From Firmicutes bacterium UBA4881 (GTDB taxonomy: Bacteria > Bacillota > DTU065), in assembly GCA_002399235.1 (NCBI GenBank), contig DHDH01000001.1, positions 97,366 to 161,365 of the forward strand: a stretch of DNA of 64,000 nucleotides, in the 5' to 3' direction. Below are positions 28,456-37,421 of the stretch, piece after piece. The position numbers were made by a program, and so were the translations under genes. Below the pieces are notes generated by a model. That model was given only the letters and a program-made list of their open reading frames with translations, ran no database searches and was not told the origin of the DNA. Position 1 is the first letter of the stretch, and each line of letters begins with the position of its first letter.

Positions 28456-31245
28456 CTAAACTTGCCGGGGAGCACCCAGATAAGTTAAGTCGTTAAGAAG
28501 CAAGTTAGAAGCACGCTCCTTGTCTATTGTTCCAGACACTAAAGCTATACCACCTTCTCTGATAGGTAATTGTTTACCACGAGGGAAGTAGGTGACATCC
28601 ACTTGGCCGGTCTCATCTTCCATAACGAAAAAGACTACGGGGTTACCACTTTTTGTGGGTGGTCGGTGAGGTCTTAGGATTTGTCCGGCAAAGAGGATCG
28701 AGCCTGGGCTTTTTAAAGCTTTTTCTGCGGTAAGAGTAGCGGCAGGTAGTTGAGAACGATAAAACTGCATAGCATGAGCGGTAGGTGAGAGACTTAGGAC
28801 CATCATTTCACGGAGAAAACGCTCCCAGGGAGTGAAATCACCAGGGATAGATTTTGTTCCCCAAAGTTCCCACAACAAGCTCCGACGACTAGAAGAAAAG
28901 CTATCTAGGGCACCTGCTAAAACTAAAGGACGTAGTTGAGCAGGTGATATAAAATCTAATTCAGCAAGAGAATGAAATGGTCTTTTTTGGCTAATTGCTT
29001 TCAGGACAGGATCATGAAGGCCCTTAATAAGATTCAGTCCTAGGCATAGTTCGCCATTTTTCCCCATAGTAGCAAGTGGTGATAAATTAATATTTAGAGG
29101 GATAACCTTTACGCCACAACGCTTAGCTTCCCATAGCACCGATTGCGGAGGATAATAGCCAAGTGGCTGATTATTAAGCAGGGCGCCAAAGAATTCAGCA
29201 GGATAGTGACAGCGTAGGTAGGCTGTTTTGTAGGCTGTTTGAGCAAAGGAGGCTGAATGGGCTTCACATAGACCATAACCGGCAAAACTTTGTAAGAGAT
29301 CAAAAACAGCTTCAGCAGTTTCAGAAGAGGTACCTCTGTCGAGAGCTCTTGCTAAAAAGAGATCTCGGAATTCTTTTAACTCAACTTCACGTTTCTTTTG
29401 TGTCAAGGCTTTGCGCAACCGATCAGACTCTCCGGGCGTAAAGCCACCAAGAGCAGTAGCAATCTGGATGACCTGTTCTTGAAAGACAATTAGCCCATGG
29501 GTTTTCTCTAGATACGGTTTTAATTCTTCGTCTAGATAAGTTATTTTTTCTTCCTTACGTTGACGTTTAATAAAAGGTTCAACCATATTGCCTTTAATAG
29601 GGCCGGGACGGATTAAGGCTACACTAGAGACAATATCGCTAAAGTTTTGGGGTTTGATTCGTTGTTGTAAACTTCTTTGTGCAGGGCTCTCTATTTGGAA
29701 TACACCGAGTGTTTTTCCAGAGGAGATCATCTCGTAAGTAGCCTTGTCGTCAGCTTTAACAGGTAAGTCCATCTCAGCTAAGGCGCCTAAGGTTCGCAAA
29801 GATAAAAGGTCTAGTTTTACTAAACCAACCTCTTCCACATCATCTTTATCTAAGGATATGATAGTTCTACCGGTAACTGCCTTAATAAGGGGTACGTGAG
29901 AAGAGAGGGATTTAGAAGAGATAACTAGCCCACTCGAGTGGGTAGCGATATGTCGAGGTAGACCATAAAAACTCTCAATAAAACTAGGTATAAGTTTATC
30001 AGGAAGGCCAATGCGAAGAAGATCGTTTTTAGCCATATCTTCTCTGTAACAGTGAAAACTACATATACCAGCTACAAATTCATGGCCATATTTGTGTTCT
30101 AGATAATCCCAGAGTTCGTTGCGTTTTTGCCAATCAAAATCGATATCAATATCAGGTTGCTGACTACGTTCGATACTAAGAAAACGTTCAAAGACTAAAT
30201 TATGAGCTACAGGATCGACTTGAGTCAGATCTAAGCAATAGCTAACTAAAGAACCAGCAGCAGAACCACGGCCTTGATAGCAGATCTGCCGTTTTTTAGC
30301 CACCGACACTAGATCATAGACAATAAGAAAATAACCAGAATAGCCTAGAGTTGCGATAACCTGCAATTCATGTTGTAGACGAGCAGGAGCTTGTTTATTA
30401 GTGGGGGAATACTTTCTGGCTAAACCTTGCCAGGCAATACTGGCTAATTTTTCATCGGCATCAGGCCAAACAGGTAGTAGGTTAGGTGGTCGTAGAGGTT
30501 CTACTTCACACATTTCTGCCAGAGCATAAGCTCCTTCTAAGGCTTTAGGGAAAGAACCAAAGCGTTCTTTGAGTTCTGATTCTGTGCAGAGATAACTAGC
30601 ATTGTTAAAGGATCTTTCTGGATTAACATCATTTAGTTTAATACCTAATCGAACACAGCTTAAAGCGTCGTGAACGGGGAATTTTTCCGGGTAGGCATAA
30701 TGCACATCCACAGTAGCAACAGTAGGTAGAGAGAGTCTAGTCGCTATCTCTGTAAGGGCTGAGAAAATCTCTATAGTACGAGGTAGTTGGTCATGACTTA
30801 GTTCAAGAAAAAAGCGCCCGGGCCAAAAGCGAGCCCAAACTTGGGCCTGCTCTAAAGCTTCTCTATAGCGTTTTTGCAGTATTAATCTTTGTAAACGCCC
30901 ATTACGACAACCAGAGAGGATAAAAATGCCATCACCGGTGGGCAGATTATTATCCCCTTTGTGGGTTGAATTGAGGTAACGACAGATTTTTTCGTACCCC
31001 AGATAATTTTCGGCTAAAACAGTTAGGTGGCTACCATCAAATAAAGTAAACTCACAGCCTATAATAGGTTTAATACCAGCCTCTAGAGCTAAACGTTGGA
31101 ACTCCCAAACCCCTGAGACATTGTTATGATCAGTTAGAGCCATAGCCTTATAACCAAGTTCACTACCTCGAGTAATTAACTCGCGAGGGAGACTAGCACC
31201 ATCTAAAAGCGAGTACGCGGAATGGGTGTGTAAAGAAACTGTCAT
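28456..31245 (-). CDS. Error-prone DNA polymerase III alpha-like protein (DnaE2/ImuC-like)
   Basis: N-terminal PHP domain (LHTHSAYSLLDGA), a polymerase palm and HhH region. At 929 aa it is shorter than a replicative DnaE. It is adjacent to a Y-family-like gene and a LexA box. Confidence 0.8.
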   Translation of the reverse strand: MTVSLHTHSAYSLLDGASLPRELITRGSELGYKAMALTDHNNVSGVWEFQRLALEAGIKPIIGCEFTLFDGSHLTVLAENYLGYEKICRYLNSTHKGDNNLPTGDGIFILSGCRNGRLQRLILQKRYREALEQAQVWARFWPGRFFLELSHDQLPRTIEIFSALTEIATRLSLPTVATVDVHYAYPEKFPVHDALSCVRLGIKLNDVNPERSFNNASYLCTESELKERFGSFPKALEGAYALAEMCEVEPLRPPNLLPVWPDADEKLASIAWQGLARKYSPTNKQAPARLQHELQVIATLGYSGYFLIVYDLVSVAKKRQICYQGRGSAAGSLVSYCLDLTQVDPVAHNLVFERFLSIERSQQPDIDIDFDWQKRNELWDYLEHKYGHEFVAGICSFHCYREDMAKNDLLRIGLPDKLIPSFIESFYGLPRHIATHSSGLVISSKSLSSHVPLIKAVTGRTIISLDKDDVEEVGLVKLDLLSLRTLGALAEMDLPVKADDKATYEMISSGKTLGVFQIESPAQRSLQQRIKPQNFSDIVSSVALIRPGPIKGNMVEPFIKRQRKEEKITYLDEELKPYLEKTHGLIVFQEQVIQIATALGGFTPGESDRLRKALTQKKREVELKEFRDLFLARALDRGTSSETAEAVFDLLQSFAGYGLCEAHSASFAQTAYKTAYLRCHYPAEFFGALLNNQPLGYYPPQSVLWEAKRCGVKVIPLNINLSPLATMGKNGELCLGLNLIKGLHDPVLKAISQKRPFHSLAELDFISPAQLRPLVLAGALDSFSSSRRSLLWELWGTKSIPGDFTPWERFLREMMVLSLSPTAHAMQFYRSQLPAATLTAEKALKSPGSILFAGQILRPHRPPTKSGNPVVFFVMEDETGQVDVTYFPRGKQLPIREGGIALVSGTIDKERASNLLLNDLTYLGAPRQV

Positions 31246-31269
31246 AGCATTTTCTGTGTTTTTCCCTCC

Positions 31270-31515
31270 TTAGTCAAAACTTTGATAGAGAAGGGTTTCA
31301 CCCTGGGGAGTAATAGCAATTTCAAAGAGTCCTTGTGGTTTGGTGGCTACAAGCACAAACTCCAACATGGGCTCGCCTAACCACCAAGCACCACTTTCCA
31401 ACCAGCGGTCAAGTTTCTTACAGATAGTATACTCGACCCCATGAAAGACAAAACTATCCTGCTCAATTGTTATGGGTAATTGCCAAATATGGGTCAAATT
31501 CAAACCCCCAAACAA
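31270..31515 (-). CDS. Possible frameshifted C-terminal segment of the ImuB-like gene
   Basis: 81 aa ORF overlapping the upstream ORF by 53 nt. A G5 run lies in the overlap. No independent RBS or ATG is present. Confidence 0.3.
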   Translation of the reverse strand: MFGGLNLTHIWQLPITIEQDSFVFHGVEYTICKKLDRWLESGAWWLGEPMLEFVLVATKPQGLFEIAITPQGETLLYQSFD

Positions 31516-32305
31516 AGTTAGCTTGCCGAACTAGCTCTCGGCGGTTAGGAGTCAGGCCTAGTTTTAAACCACTTTCTTGGGCTAAAAGACTATAAAGAGC
31601 CTGAGGTAGATTAAAGTCAAAAAGATTACCTTGTTTGACAGGGGGTGAATCCCAGCTAATAACGACGAGTGTTTGCCAAGGCCAAAGACTTTTAAGCGCT
31701 CTTAGCAAAGAGTGCTTGCCAAATTTCTCTGGCCTAAAGTCAAGGCTTTTTTCTTCGGTTAAAAACCACAACTGAGCTATCTTGGCTGGTAATTGTTGTT
31801 GTAATTTAGCAAAAGTCTTTTCCAAAGATTCACTAGAAAAACGGCCTTCCCAAAAAGGGGGAGTGGCATTAATTGTTTCACTATACTCGCCACGACAATA
31901 AGAGAAGATCTTTTCCCCTAACTCCCCTAGTCTAAGTCTTAAGGCCTCAAGGGGAATTTGTTGTAAAGAACCTATGGTTTTAAAGCCCGCTTGAAAAAAT
32001 TCTGTCAAAAGTGGCGGGGGAACTGGCCAAAGACAATCGACTGGCAATTTGAAAAAAGCTTCGTTATTTTTTAACCAAAAAAGACCGGAACGTGCCTGAT
32101 AGATAGCGATCGCTTTAGCGATTAATAGATTGTCTGCGACAGCTAGGCAACTATTGAACTGTTTGCCCCATTCTAGAAGTTCTTCTTTGCTAGTGGGTCC
32201 AAGCTCAAGAGCATAGCCCTTAGATTCTTCCCTAAATCGTGGTGTCTTACAATAGACTAGGTAACGTTTTTCGAGACTAGGGGTTGAAAGAAGGTAAGCA
32301 AACAT
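31463..32305 (-). CDS. ImuB-like truncated Y-family polymerase protein (thumb/little-finger only)
   Basis: LPVDCLWPVPPPLLTEFFQAGFKTIGSLQQIPLEALRLRLGE resembles the DinB/ImuB HhH thumb. There is no palm with catalytic acids, and an upstream stop bounds the ORF. Confidence 0.55.
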   Translation of the reverse strand: MFAYLLSTPSLEKRYLVYCKTPRFREESKGYALELGPTSKEELLEWGKQFNSCLAVADNLLIAKAIAIYQARSGLFWLKNNEAFFKLPVDCLWPVPPPLLTEFFQAGFKTIGSLQQIPLEALRLRLGELGEKIFSYCRGEYSETINATPPFWEGRFSSESLEKTFAKLQQQLPAKIAQLWFLTEEKSLDFRPEKFGKHSLLRALKSLWPWQTLVVISWDSPPVKQGNLFDFNLPQALYSLLAQESGLKLGLTPNRRELVRQANFVWGFEFDPYLAITHNN

Positions 32306-32493
32306 AAACTTACAAGTTAAACTACATCCAGGCCATGGGCTTTAGCTGAATGCAGGATAACCTAGGCCTCCCTTCGTTTACAAAAATATAATTGAATCTT
32401 CGCGACCGAAGTCACGAGTTTTTTGGCTCAATATCATTAAACTTAATGCTTAGGTTATAGTTCTAAGTATGTGGACAAAAAATACTCACCCAC

Positions 32494-32506
32494 CGAACAC
32501 ATGTTC
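32494..32506. promoter_or_regulatory. Candidate LexA (Cheo/SOS) box
   Basis: CGAACACATGTTC matches the Firmicute consensus CGAAC-N4-GTTCG at 12 of 14 positions. It lies in the divergent intergenic region between the imuB-like gene and the DJ-1 gene. Confidence 0.5.
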
Positions 32507-32648
32507 TATATAGATTATATGCTGTCACCTAATAAAGTTCAACTCTTTCTAAGTGGTAAATATTGCTTTAAGGGTTGTTTTTAGGGGAAGGAAAGCAGAG
32601 CTTGTGCCAAGAATTAGAAAAACGAGCATACACTAGGAGGGGATTTAG

Positions 32649-33155
32649 ATGGCAAAGATAGCCATGGTAATTGCGAGAAAAGATTTTCGTGACGAGGAGT
32701 ATCTTCACCCCAAGGAAGAGTTTATGCAAAATGGGCATGAAGTAATTACTGCATCATCGTGGACCAAGGAGTGCACGGGACGCTTTGGTGCAATAGTTAA
32801 ACCAGATATTAATCTAGCCGAGTTATTGCCTGAGGACTTTGATGCTTTAGTGTTTGTCGGTGGTGGCGGAGCAAGTGAATATTTTGATTCTCCGATAGCC
32901 CAAGGTTTAGCACGTAAGGCGTATCGTGAAGGCAAAGTAGTTGCTGCTATATGTATTGCACCTCTGATTTTGAGTAGATCAGGTCTTTTACAAGGTAAAA
33001 AAGCTACTGTCTATCCAGATGGCCAAGAAGAATTGGTTCGTGGTGGTGCGGTTTATACAGGTAATATTGTTGAGACAGATGGACGTATTATTACAGGCAA
33101 CGGCCCGGCGGCAGCAAGAGATTTTGCCCAGGCTGTCATGGTGCAAATAAAGTAG
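32649..33155 (+). CDS. DJ-1/PfpI family protein
   Basis: Class I glutamine amidotransferase-like fold with the nucleophile elbow AAICIAP. Confidence 0.85.
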   Translation: MAKIAMVIARKDFRDEEYLHPKEEFMQNGHEVITASSWTKECTGRFGAIVKPDINLAELLPEDFDALVFVGGGGASEYFDSPIAQGLARKAYREGKVVAAICIAPLILSRSGLLQGKKATVYPDGQEELVRGGAVYTGNIVETDGRIITGNGPAAARDFAQAVMVQIK

Positions 33156-33156
33156 G

Positions 33157-34104
33157 ATGCATCTTGTTTTAATCACAGGTAGCATGGGATCAGGAAAAAC
33201 TTTAGTACTAAAAGAACTTTTTCTTAAACTTTTAAATAAGTACAAAACAGTCTTAATGGTACATGAAGCTGGATGTATCGGTATGGATGCAGCTTTTTTA
33301 GCACAAAACAATATTCCTGCACTTAACTATTCTTATTGTAAGGTTGCAGAAGATCCAGGGCAGACATTTATGTACAACCTCGAGAATGCTAGACAAAAAT
33401 TCAATCCAGATATTGTTTGTGTGGAAATAACTGGCAATGTAGCTACACCTGTAGTTATTAAAGAAGCTAAAAAGAGAGATTCCAACATACAGATACAAAC
33501 TGTTATCTATGTTCTCGATGCTACCAATTTTTTAAGTGAATATAGGAAAAAAAGAGAGTTCATCCAACTGCAAATAACCTGGTCTGATTATGTAATTATC
33601 AATAAAGAAGAACGGTTAAATTTGCACCAGAAAGAATCAATTAGAAAAATAATCAAGACCATTAATCCTGTTGCAACTGTTTTAGAGACTAGGTATGGGA
33701 TATTAACACGGGATTTGTTAGCCAAAATCGCTATCGACCTTCAATCTCCAAAGGGGTCTATTATTTATAGTACAGAAAATAATCAACTGGAAACTAAAAA
33801 ATCTCTTTGGACAAAAGGAACTGAAAACAAGATTCGCTGTGGCTTTTTATTTACCGAGGGATCAACAGATCCGAAAAAGATTACAAATTTCTTCTTACGG
33901 CATAAAGATAAGATTGTTAGGGCTAAAGGTAGATTTGTTACTGGTTATGGATTGTGTTACCTGCAGCTTAACCAAGGTAGTGTTGATTATCAGATTTTTG
34001 GGGTAGAAAAATTTTTCCATAATAAGAATATAGCTTCTTTACTGGTTCCTGCGGACTTCCAGGCTGATCTAAAACTGGAATTTATGGACTGCTTTGAGCG
34101 TTAA
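33157..34104 (+). CDS. CobW/COG0523-like G3E P-loop NTPase, lacking CxCC
   Basis: Walker A GSMGSGKT. The overall COG0523 layout is kept (VHEAG.IGMD, DIVCVEITGNVATP, NKEERL). The canonical CxCC metal site is replaced by SYCKV. Confidence 0.55.
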   Translation: MHLVLITGSMGSGKTLVLKELFLKLLNKYKTVLMVHEAGCIGMDAAFLAQNNIPALNYSYCKVAEDPGQTFMYNLENARQKFNPDIVCVEITGNVATPVVIKEAKKRDSNIQIQTVIYVLDATNFLSEYRKKREFIQLQITWSDYVIINKEERLNLHQKESIRKIIKTINPVATVLETRYGILTRDLLAKIAIDLQSPKGSIIYSTENNQLETKKSLWTKGTENKIRCGFLFTEGSTDPKKITNFFLRHKDKIVRAKGRFVTGYGLCYLQLNQGSVDYQIFGVEKFFHNKNIASLLVPADFQADLKLEFMDCFER

Positions 34105-34182
34105 ATGAGGCTTAAAATGCTAAGAAAATGAATACAATGGCATTGTAGTAAACCTCATTTGCAATAGGAAGGAGCAACTGTT

Positions 34183-35244
34183 TTGCATAGAAGGACCGGT
34201 CTAATAGCATCTATTTGGTTTCTGGTTACCATTCTATTTGTTAGTGGCCTGGTTTTTTCGGTGGGACCGAAAGAAGGAAAGGTGGCATCTAAAGAGCCAG
34301 CTCAAGTTATGATTAAGTTATATGTGTACGGGACAGGTCTTTTAGAGTTAGATCTAGAGGAATATTTAGTAGGTGTCGTGGCTGCAGAACTTCCAGCTTC
34401 TTTTGGCATCGAAGCCCATAAAGCTCAGGCAGTAGCCGCACGTACTTACGTCGTAAAAAGGTTAGAAAAGATTAGAAAAAACGGTTCTCCTTATCCCGAG
34501 GGAGCAGATATAACAAATCTTCCCCAAGAAGGCCAAGCTTGGATTTCCGAGGCTGAGCGCTTAGAACGTTGGCAGTCTTCGTATTCTTATAACCAGAAAA
34601 AGATTCAAGAAGCGGTCCTAGCTACTAAAAGTCAAGTTTTGACCTATAACGGACAATTAATCGAAGCATTATATTGTTCTACAGCAGGCCCACATACAGA
34701 AGATGCCCAAGAGGTATTTCGCATTCAATTGCCTTATTTAAAAGCTCAACCTAATCCCTTTGATAGTCATTCGCCTCGTTATAAAGATGCCAAAACGTTT
34801 AGTATTGCCGAACTAGGGAAGTCTTTAGGTGTAAAACTCAAAGAGAAAGAACTTCTTATGGCATTAAGGTCTCCTCAGGGACCGGAAGTAATACCAGTAG
34901 CTAGCTTACTAGACCCTTGGCTTAACCCTGATAAAGGAGCAAATTCTTTAAAAATAATAGCTCGTAACCGTTCAGGAAGGGTAAGTCAAGTTGCAGTAGG
35001 AGGGCGTATATTTTCAGGAACCGAGATACGTTCCAAACTAGGCCTAAGATCAACAAACTTTACCTATCAAATTAGTAGTGACGGGAAGAAAATAACCTTT
35101 TATACTACAGGGTATGGTCACGGTGTTGGGATGTCTCAATACGGAGCAGACGGGATGGCTAATAAAGGTTATAACTACAAAGAAATATTAGCTTTTTATT
35201 ATCCCGGTACAAATTTAGTTTCACTTGGCTTAAGAAGGGAATAA
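34183..35244 (+). CDS. spoIID: SpoIID/LytB domain protein (stage II sporulation protein D-like)
   Basis: N-terminal TM segment and SpoIID domain motifs (VVAAELP, AHKAQAVAARTY, ALYCSTAGPHTED). Confidence 0.8.
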   Translation: MHRRTGLIASIWFLVTILFVSGLVFSVGPKEGKVASKEPAQVMIKLYVYGTGLLELDLEEYLVGVVAAELPASFGIEAHKAQAVAARTYVVKRLEKIRKNGSPYPEGADITNLPQEGQAWISEAERLERWQSSYSYNQKKIQEAVLATKSQVLTYNGQLIEALYCSTAGPHTEDAQEVFRIQLPYLKAQPNPFDSHSPRYKDAKTFSIAELGKSLGVKLKEKELLMALRSPQGPEVIPVASLLDPWLNPDKGANSLKIIARNRSGRVSQVAVGGRIFSGTEIRSKLGLRSTNFTYQISSDGKKITFYTTGYGHGVGMSQYGADGMANKGYNYKEILAFYYPGTNLVSLGLRRE

Positions 35245-35330
35245 TAAAGATCTAAAGGAGTAGATGCACTAATGTTGAATTTTGTACGAAGAGCATCTAC
35301 TCCATACCAATTGGAAGGGGGAGGTTTTAT

Positions 35331-35561
35331 TTGGCTCTAAAACTAAGTAAAAATGCACAAACTGTTTTAGAAAAACGTTATCTGATGAAAAAAGATGGAC
35401 AAGTAGTGGAGACCCCGGAGGACTTATTTAAACGTGTAGCAGCTAATATTGCAGAAGCAGACAAACTCTACGATGAGAATGCAGATGTGGAAGCTAAAGC
35501 TGCTAGGTTTTACGAAGTGATGACTGAATTGAAATTCTTACCTAATAGTCCCACTCTGATG
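35331..35561 (+). CDS. nrdJ: Class II (B12-dependent) ribonucleotide reductase NrdJ, exon 1
   Basis: NAQTVLEKRYL...FLPNSPTLM is the NrdJ N-terminus. The reading frame breaks exactly where GTGCG begins. TTG start with a GGAGG RBS. Confidence 0.85.
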
Positions 35562-36827
35562 GTGCGCCAAGATAGTTAGCAGGTAGCGCCGGGCAAGCCG
35601 GTACGAAACTCGGGACAGGTTTCGTTAGAGATCTGCTTACCCATTAGGGGACAACAGCATGCACGATCTCTAGGTACCACAAGGCCAAAGCTGGATTGCT
35701 TGAACTCTAGTTCTACTGGATCAAGTGGGGATCTGCTAAGGCATCTGGCTGTAAAGAAGAGTATTCATCGATTCTTCTTTAGTCCCGAAGCCAGACAGGG
35801 TATCCTAAACTTAATAAGTTTTCGATACTAAAAGAACGAACGGAGAGCCTAAATGGTACAATTTATCTGACTAGCGAACTTGGGATAGGTTTTTGTCAAA
35901 AAACCTACGGAGCTCTCATAGTAGTCAAGGCGGTAACACCGTCCTAAAGGCGAAGGGGAGCAGGCCAGTTGGTAATAAAGAAGCGGAGGTATGCGTAATG
36001 CAAGATAGCCTCGTTGTCTTGAATTGCCTAGAAAAGAGTTCTGCAAACAAAGTTCTTCAGAGAGTCTATAGACAACTATTTAACTTAAATTTCTATGGAA
36101 CAAAAGGTCAGGAGATTGTAGCAGCATTAAAAAAAGAAAGTTATCGTCAACTACCTACTGCGCAATTAAACGAACTAAAAGCAGTAGTACAAAAGATTTT
36201 ATCAGTTGTCTTTGCTGCTAAATTTGCTGAAACAGGTATTTATAAAGAGTTAAAAGGACAGTGTTTACCAGCTAGCTTAGTAGAAAAACCTGAAGAGATA
36301 CTGGTAAAACGTATCGCTGATGGACGCTGGTGGCAGCTGTATAATTTTTTACGTCCCTGGCGTATGTATCTGCCCCAAGAAAAGTTACTTATTTGGGACG
36401 AAAACTTTTATAGATGGCTACCAGATGATGGAACTATTTATAAGATAGATCTAGCAGGGTTTACTTGGCAACTAGGTAAGATAACACTGCAAAGCTCTTT
36501 TAAAACCACACTACTTAAACCATACCTGCGGTATGGGAAACCTTTACATCGAAGCGGTCTCCTTAACCTACCAGAAAAGGTAATTATTGCCACTTACAAG
36601 GCGGAAGAGTCTCGGTTTCGGCAGATTTTATCTGTTCTAACCGAACCTAAGAAAGAAGCTGAGATGCTCTATCTTTTACGGCAGAGTCTCTTAAAAACCT
36701 TAGCTTGTAAATATAGAACATCGACACGTGATATTGAAGAACGTTTTGAACTTTTTTGACACTGGCTGGAGAGCCGTATGCTTCGAAAGATGCACGTGCG
36801 GTTCGGAGGGGGGGAAACCTACCCTAC
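35562..36827 (+). mobile_element. Group II intron 1 in nrdJ, encodes a maturase-only protein
   Basis: 5' GUGCG at 35562. Domain V GAGCCGTATGCTTCGAAAGATGCACGTGCGGTTCG at 36771-36805. A G-rich domain VI with a bulged A and a 3' CUAC. The flanking exons join in frame as ...SPTLM|NAGREL.... Confidence 0.85.
35998..36759 (+). CDS. Intron-encoded maturase-like protein (domain X only, no RT domain)
   Basis: Carried in intron 1. The C-terminus [21 protein letters not shown] matches the maturase domain X motif (as in MatK, ...SLARTLARKHKST). No YADD or other RT blocks are present. ATG 35998 has a GGAGG RBS. Confidence 0.6.
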   Translation: MQDSLVVLNCLEKSSANKVLQRVYRQLFNLNFYGTKGQEIVAALKKESYRQLPTAQLNELKAVVQKILSVVFAAKFAETGIYKELKGQCLPASLVEKPEEILVKRIADGRWWQLYNFLRPWRMYLPQEKLLIWDENFYRWLPDDGTIYKIDLAGFTWQLGKITLQSSFKTTLLKPYLRYGKPLHRSGLLNLPEKVIIATYKAEESRFRQILSVLTEPKKEAEMLYLLRQSLLKTLACKYRTSTRDIEERFELF

Positions 36828-37421
36828 AATGCAGGTAGAGAATTACAACAGTTATCAGCATGTTTTGTGTTACCCATTGATGATTCAATGGAAAGTATCT
36901 TTGAAAGTGTAAAAAACGCTGCCTTAATTCATAAAAGTGGTGGTGGAACAGGCTTTGCCTTTTCACGTATCAGACCCGCCAGTGACAGTGTAAAAAGCAC
37001 TGGTGGTGTTGCCTCAGGACCGATTTCCTTTATGAAAGTATTCAATGCTAGCACCGAGGTAATCAAACAAGGAGGAGTGAGAAGAGGCGCTAATATGGGT
37101 ATCTTAAGGGTCGATCACCCAGATATCCTTGAATTTATTACATGCAAAAAAGATAATACGGAATTAACTAACTTCAACATTTCCGTAGGAGTTACGGAAG
37201 CTTTTATGAAAGCTGTTGAAGAAGATACCGATTATGATCTTATTAATCCTAAAAATAAAAAAGCTGTAGCTAAATTAAAAGCCAGAGATGTTTTTGCGCT
37301 TATGGTAGAAATGGCCTGGCTTAATGGAGAACCAGGTATTGTCTTTTTAGATAGGATCAATAATGAAAATCCTACACCTTCGCTTGGCGAAATCGAATCT
37401 ACCAATCCATGTGGTGAGCAG
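36828..37421 (+). CDS. nrdJ: NrdJ, exon 2
   Basis: [21 protein letters not shown]...STNPCGEQ are conserved RNR core motifs. The frame is broken again by GTGCG at 37422. Confidence 0.85.

Noticed and set aside
31270-31515. The 81 aa ORF as an independent gene such as imuA
   Set aside because: No RBS or ATG; it starts with TTG inside the upstream ORF. It overlaps by 53 nt across a G5 tract, and its sequence is not RecA/ImuA-like. A frameshifted continuation of the ImuB-like gene is more parsimonious.
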